Shown piece by piece: positions 63,179 to 64,000 of a stretch of DNA of 64,000 nucleotides (the stretch's first letter is position 1; the number at the start of each line of letters is the position of its first letter). A program made the position numbers and the translations under genes. A model generated the notes under the pieces. That model made no database searches, was not told where the DNA came from, and was given only the letters and a program-made list of their open reading frames with translations. The DNA is from Phycisphaerales bacterium (lineage in GTDB: Bacteria; Planctomycetota; Phycisphaerae; Phycisphaerales; UBA1924): contig RECY01000034.1 in assembly GCA_007693785.1 (NCBI GenBank), positions 5,627-69,626 of the forward strand, in the 5' to 3' direction.

Positions 63179-64000
63179 TCAGCGGGAGAAGAGCATGTCG
63201 CGGTATCGGGGCAGGTCCCAGTCCGCGTCCGCACAACGGGATTCGATGTGGTCGGCGAGCGTGCGAGCTTGCTGCATCAGCGGGACGATCGAGGCCTGGA
63301 TGCTGACCGTCGGCTGCGCCGCCTCGCCCGCTCCGTGGTGCTCGGAAGCACCGGCCAGGGCGGACGCCTCACGCAGACGGTCGACCACATCGGCCAAGGC
63401 GTCCGCCGCCGCGAGCAGGTCCGCCGCCCGAGCGGCGAGATTGCCCGCCGCCCCGCCGGTCGCACCGCACTCGATGCCGGCGTGATGGAACCGGGCGACA
63501 GAACGCAGCGCGCCCGGCATCACGTGCTCCTCACAGATCGCCGCGAGGCACCGCGCCTCGATGACCATCTGCGTGCGGTACTGCTCGGTGTACGCCTCGT
63601 GGCGGGAAGCCAGCTCGCGCGGGCTGAGCACGCCGAACCGTTCAAAGACTTCGACGACGCCCGGCTCGGTGTAGATCTGGAAAGCCTCCTCGCTCGTACG
63701 GATGTGCGCCAGCCCGCGCCGCTCGGCCTCGGCGTGCCACTCCCGGCTGTAGCTGTCCCCGTTGAAGATGACCCGACGGTGCTCCGCGGTCACGCGGGCC
63801 AGGACCGGGAGGATCGCTTCCGAAACCTGCGCCGGCGTCAGACGGGCGCCGACGTGCATCGCTTCCAGCTCGTCGGCCATGTCGGCGAGCGACTCCGCGA
63901 CGATCGTGTTGAGCACCGTGCTCGGCCAGCTGACCGACGAGGACGCACCCGAGGCCCGCAGCTCGAACTTGTTGCCCGTAAACGCAAAGGGCGATGTGCG
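63179..64000 (-). CDS. glnN: type III glutamine synthetase (GlnN), C-terminal part; 5' end beyond the window
   Basis: The frame is open to position 64000. My translation there reads SPFAFTGNKFELRASGASSSVSWP, then VLNTIVAESL...FNGDSYSREWHAEAERRGL, which is characteristic of GS-III. Confidence 0.75.
   Translation of the reverse strand, partial: RTSPFAFTGNKFELRASGASSSVSWPSTVLNTIVAESLADMADELEAMHVGARLTPAQVSEAILPVLARVTAEHRRVIFNGDSYSREWHAEAERRGLAHIRTSEEAFQIYTEPGVVEVFERFGVLSPRELASRHEAYTEQYRTQMVIEARCLAAICEEHVMPGALRSVARFHHAGIECGATGGAAGNLAARAADLLAAADALADVVDRLREASALAGASEHHGAGEAAQPTVSIQASIVPLMQQARTLADHIESRCADADWDLPRYRDMLFSR

Overview
Very GC-rich bacterial chromosomal segment. I found no rRNA, intact tRNA, CRISPR array, or recognisable transposase, integrase or phage gene. 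The gene content suggests a PVC-superphylum organism, probably Planctomycetota/Phycisphaerae-like. That is an inference from GC-type dockerin-like repeats, a PEP-CTERM-like anchor, futalosine-pathway mqnB, a BatA/VWA/DUF4159 operon and an ECF sigma plus TPR Ser/Thr kinase pair. I support about 57 CDS, mostly on the minus strand. The many long Arg/Pro/Ala-rich ORFs in the track are antisense or out-of-frame shadows typical of high GC. Four-nucleotide start/stop overlaps (ATGA, GTGA) are frequent, and I used them with GGAG-type ribosome binding sites to trim ORF-track starts. Recognisable modules: two pilM loci, one in a pilM-N-O-(P)-pilB operon; acs; cdaA-cdaR (c-di-AMP); an HD-GYP protein and a PilZ-J-domain fusion (c-di-GMP); a solo atpA; mutY and a family-4 UDG; an AAC(3)-I-like acetyltransferase; a methyltransferase / flavoprotein / type III PKS operon preceded by an orphan gene; tandem PRC-barrel genes plus DUF1328; and glnN followed by two glutaminase paralogues. 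Two non-genic signals stand out. (i) A family of four intergenic nested-palindrome repeats carries eight conserved hairpin modules with compensatory stem changes, and two copies bracket a single GT2 gene. (ii) The 3' 42 nt of a tRNA-Lys(CUU) is present with its terminator but without a 5' half, next to DNA that looks less GC-rich, which fits an integration scar. All functional calls come from motif and family recognition by eye. No database search was run.
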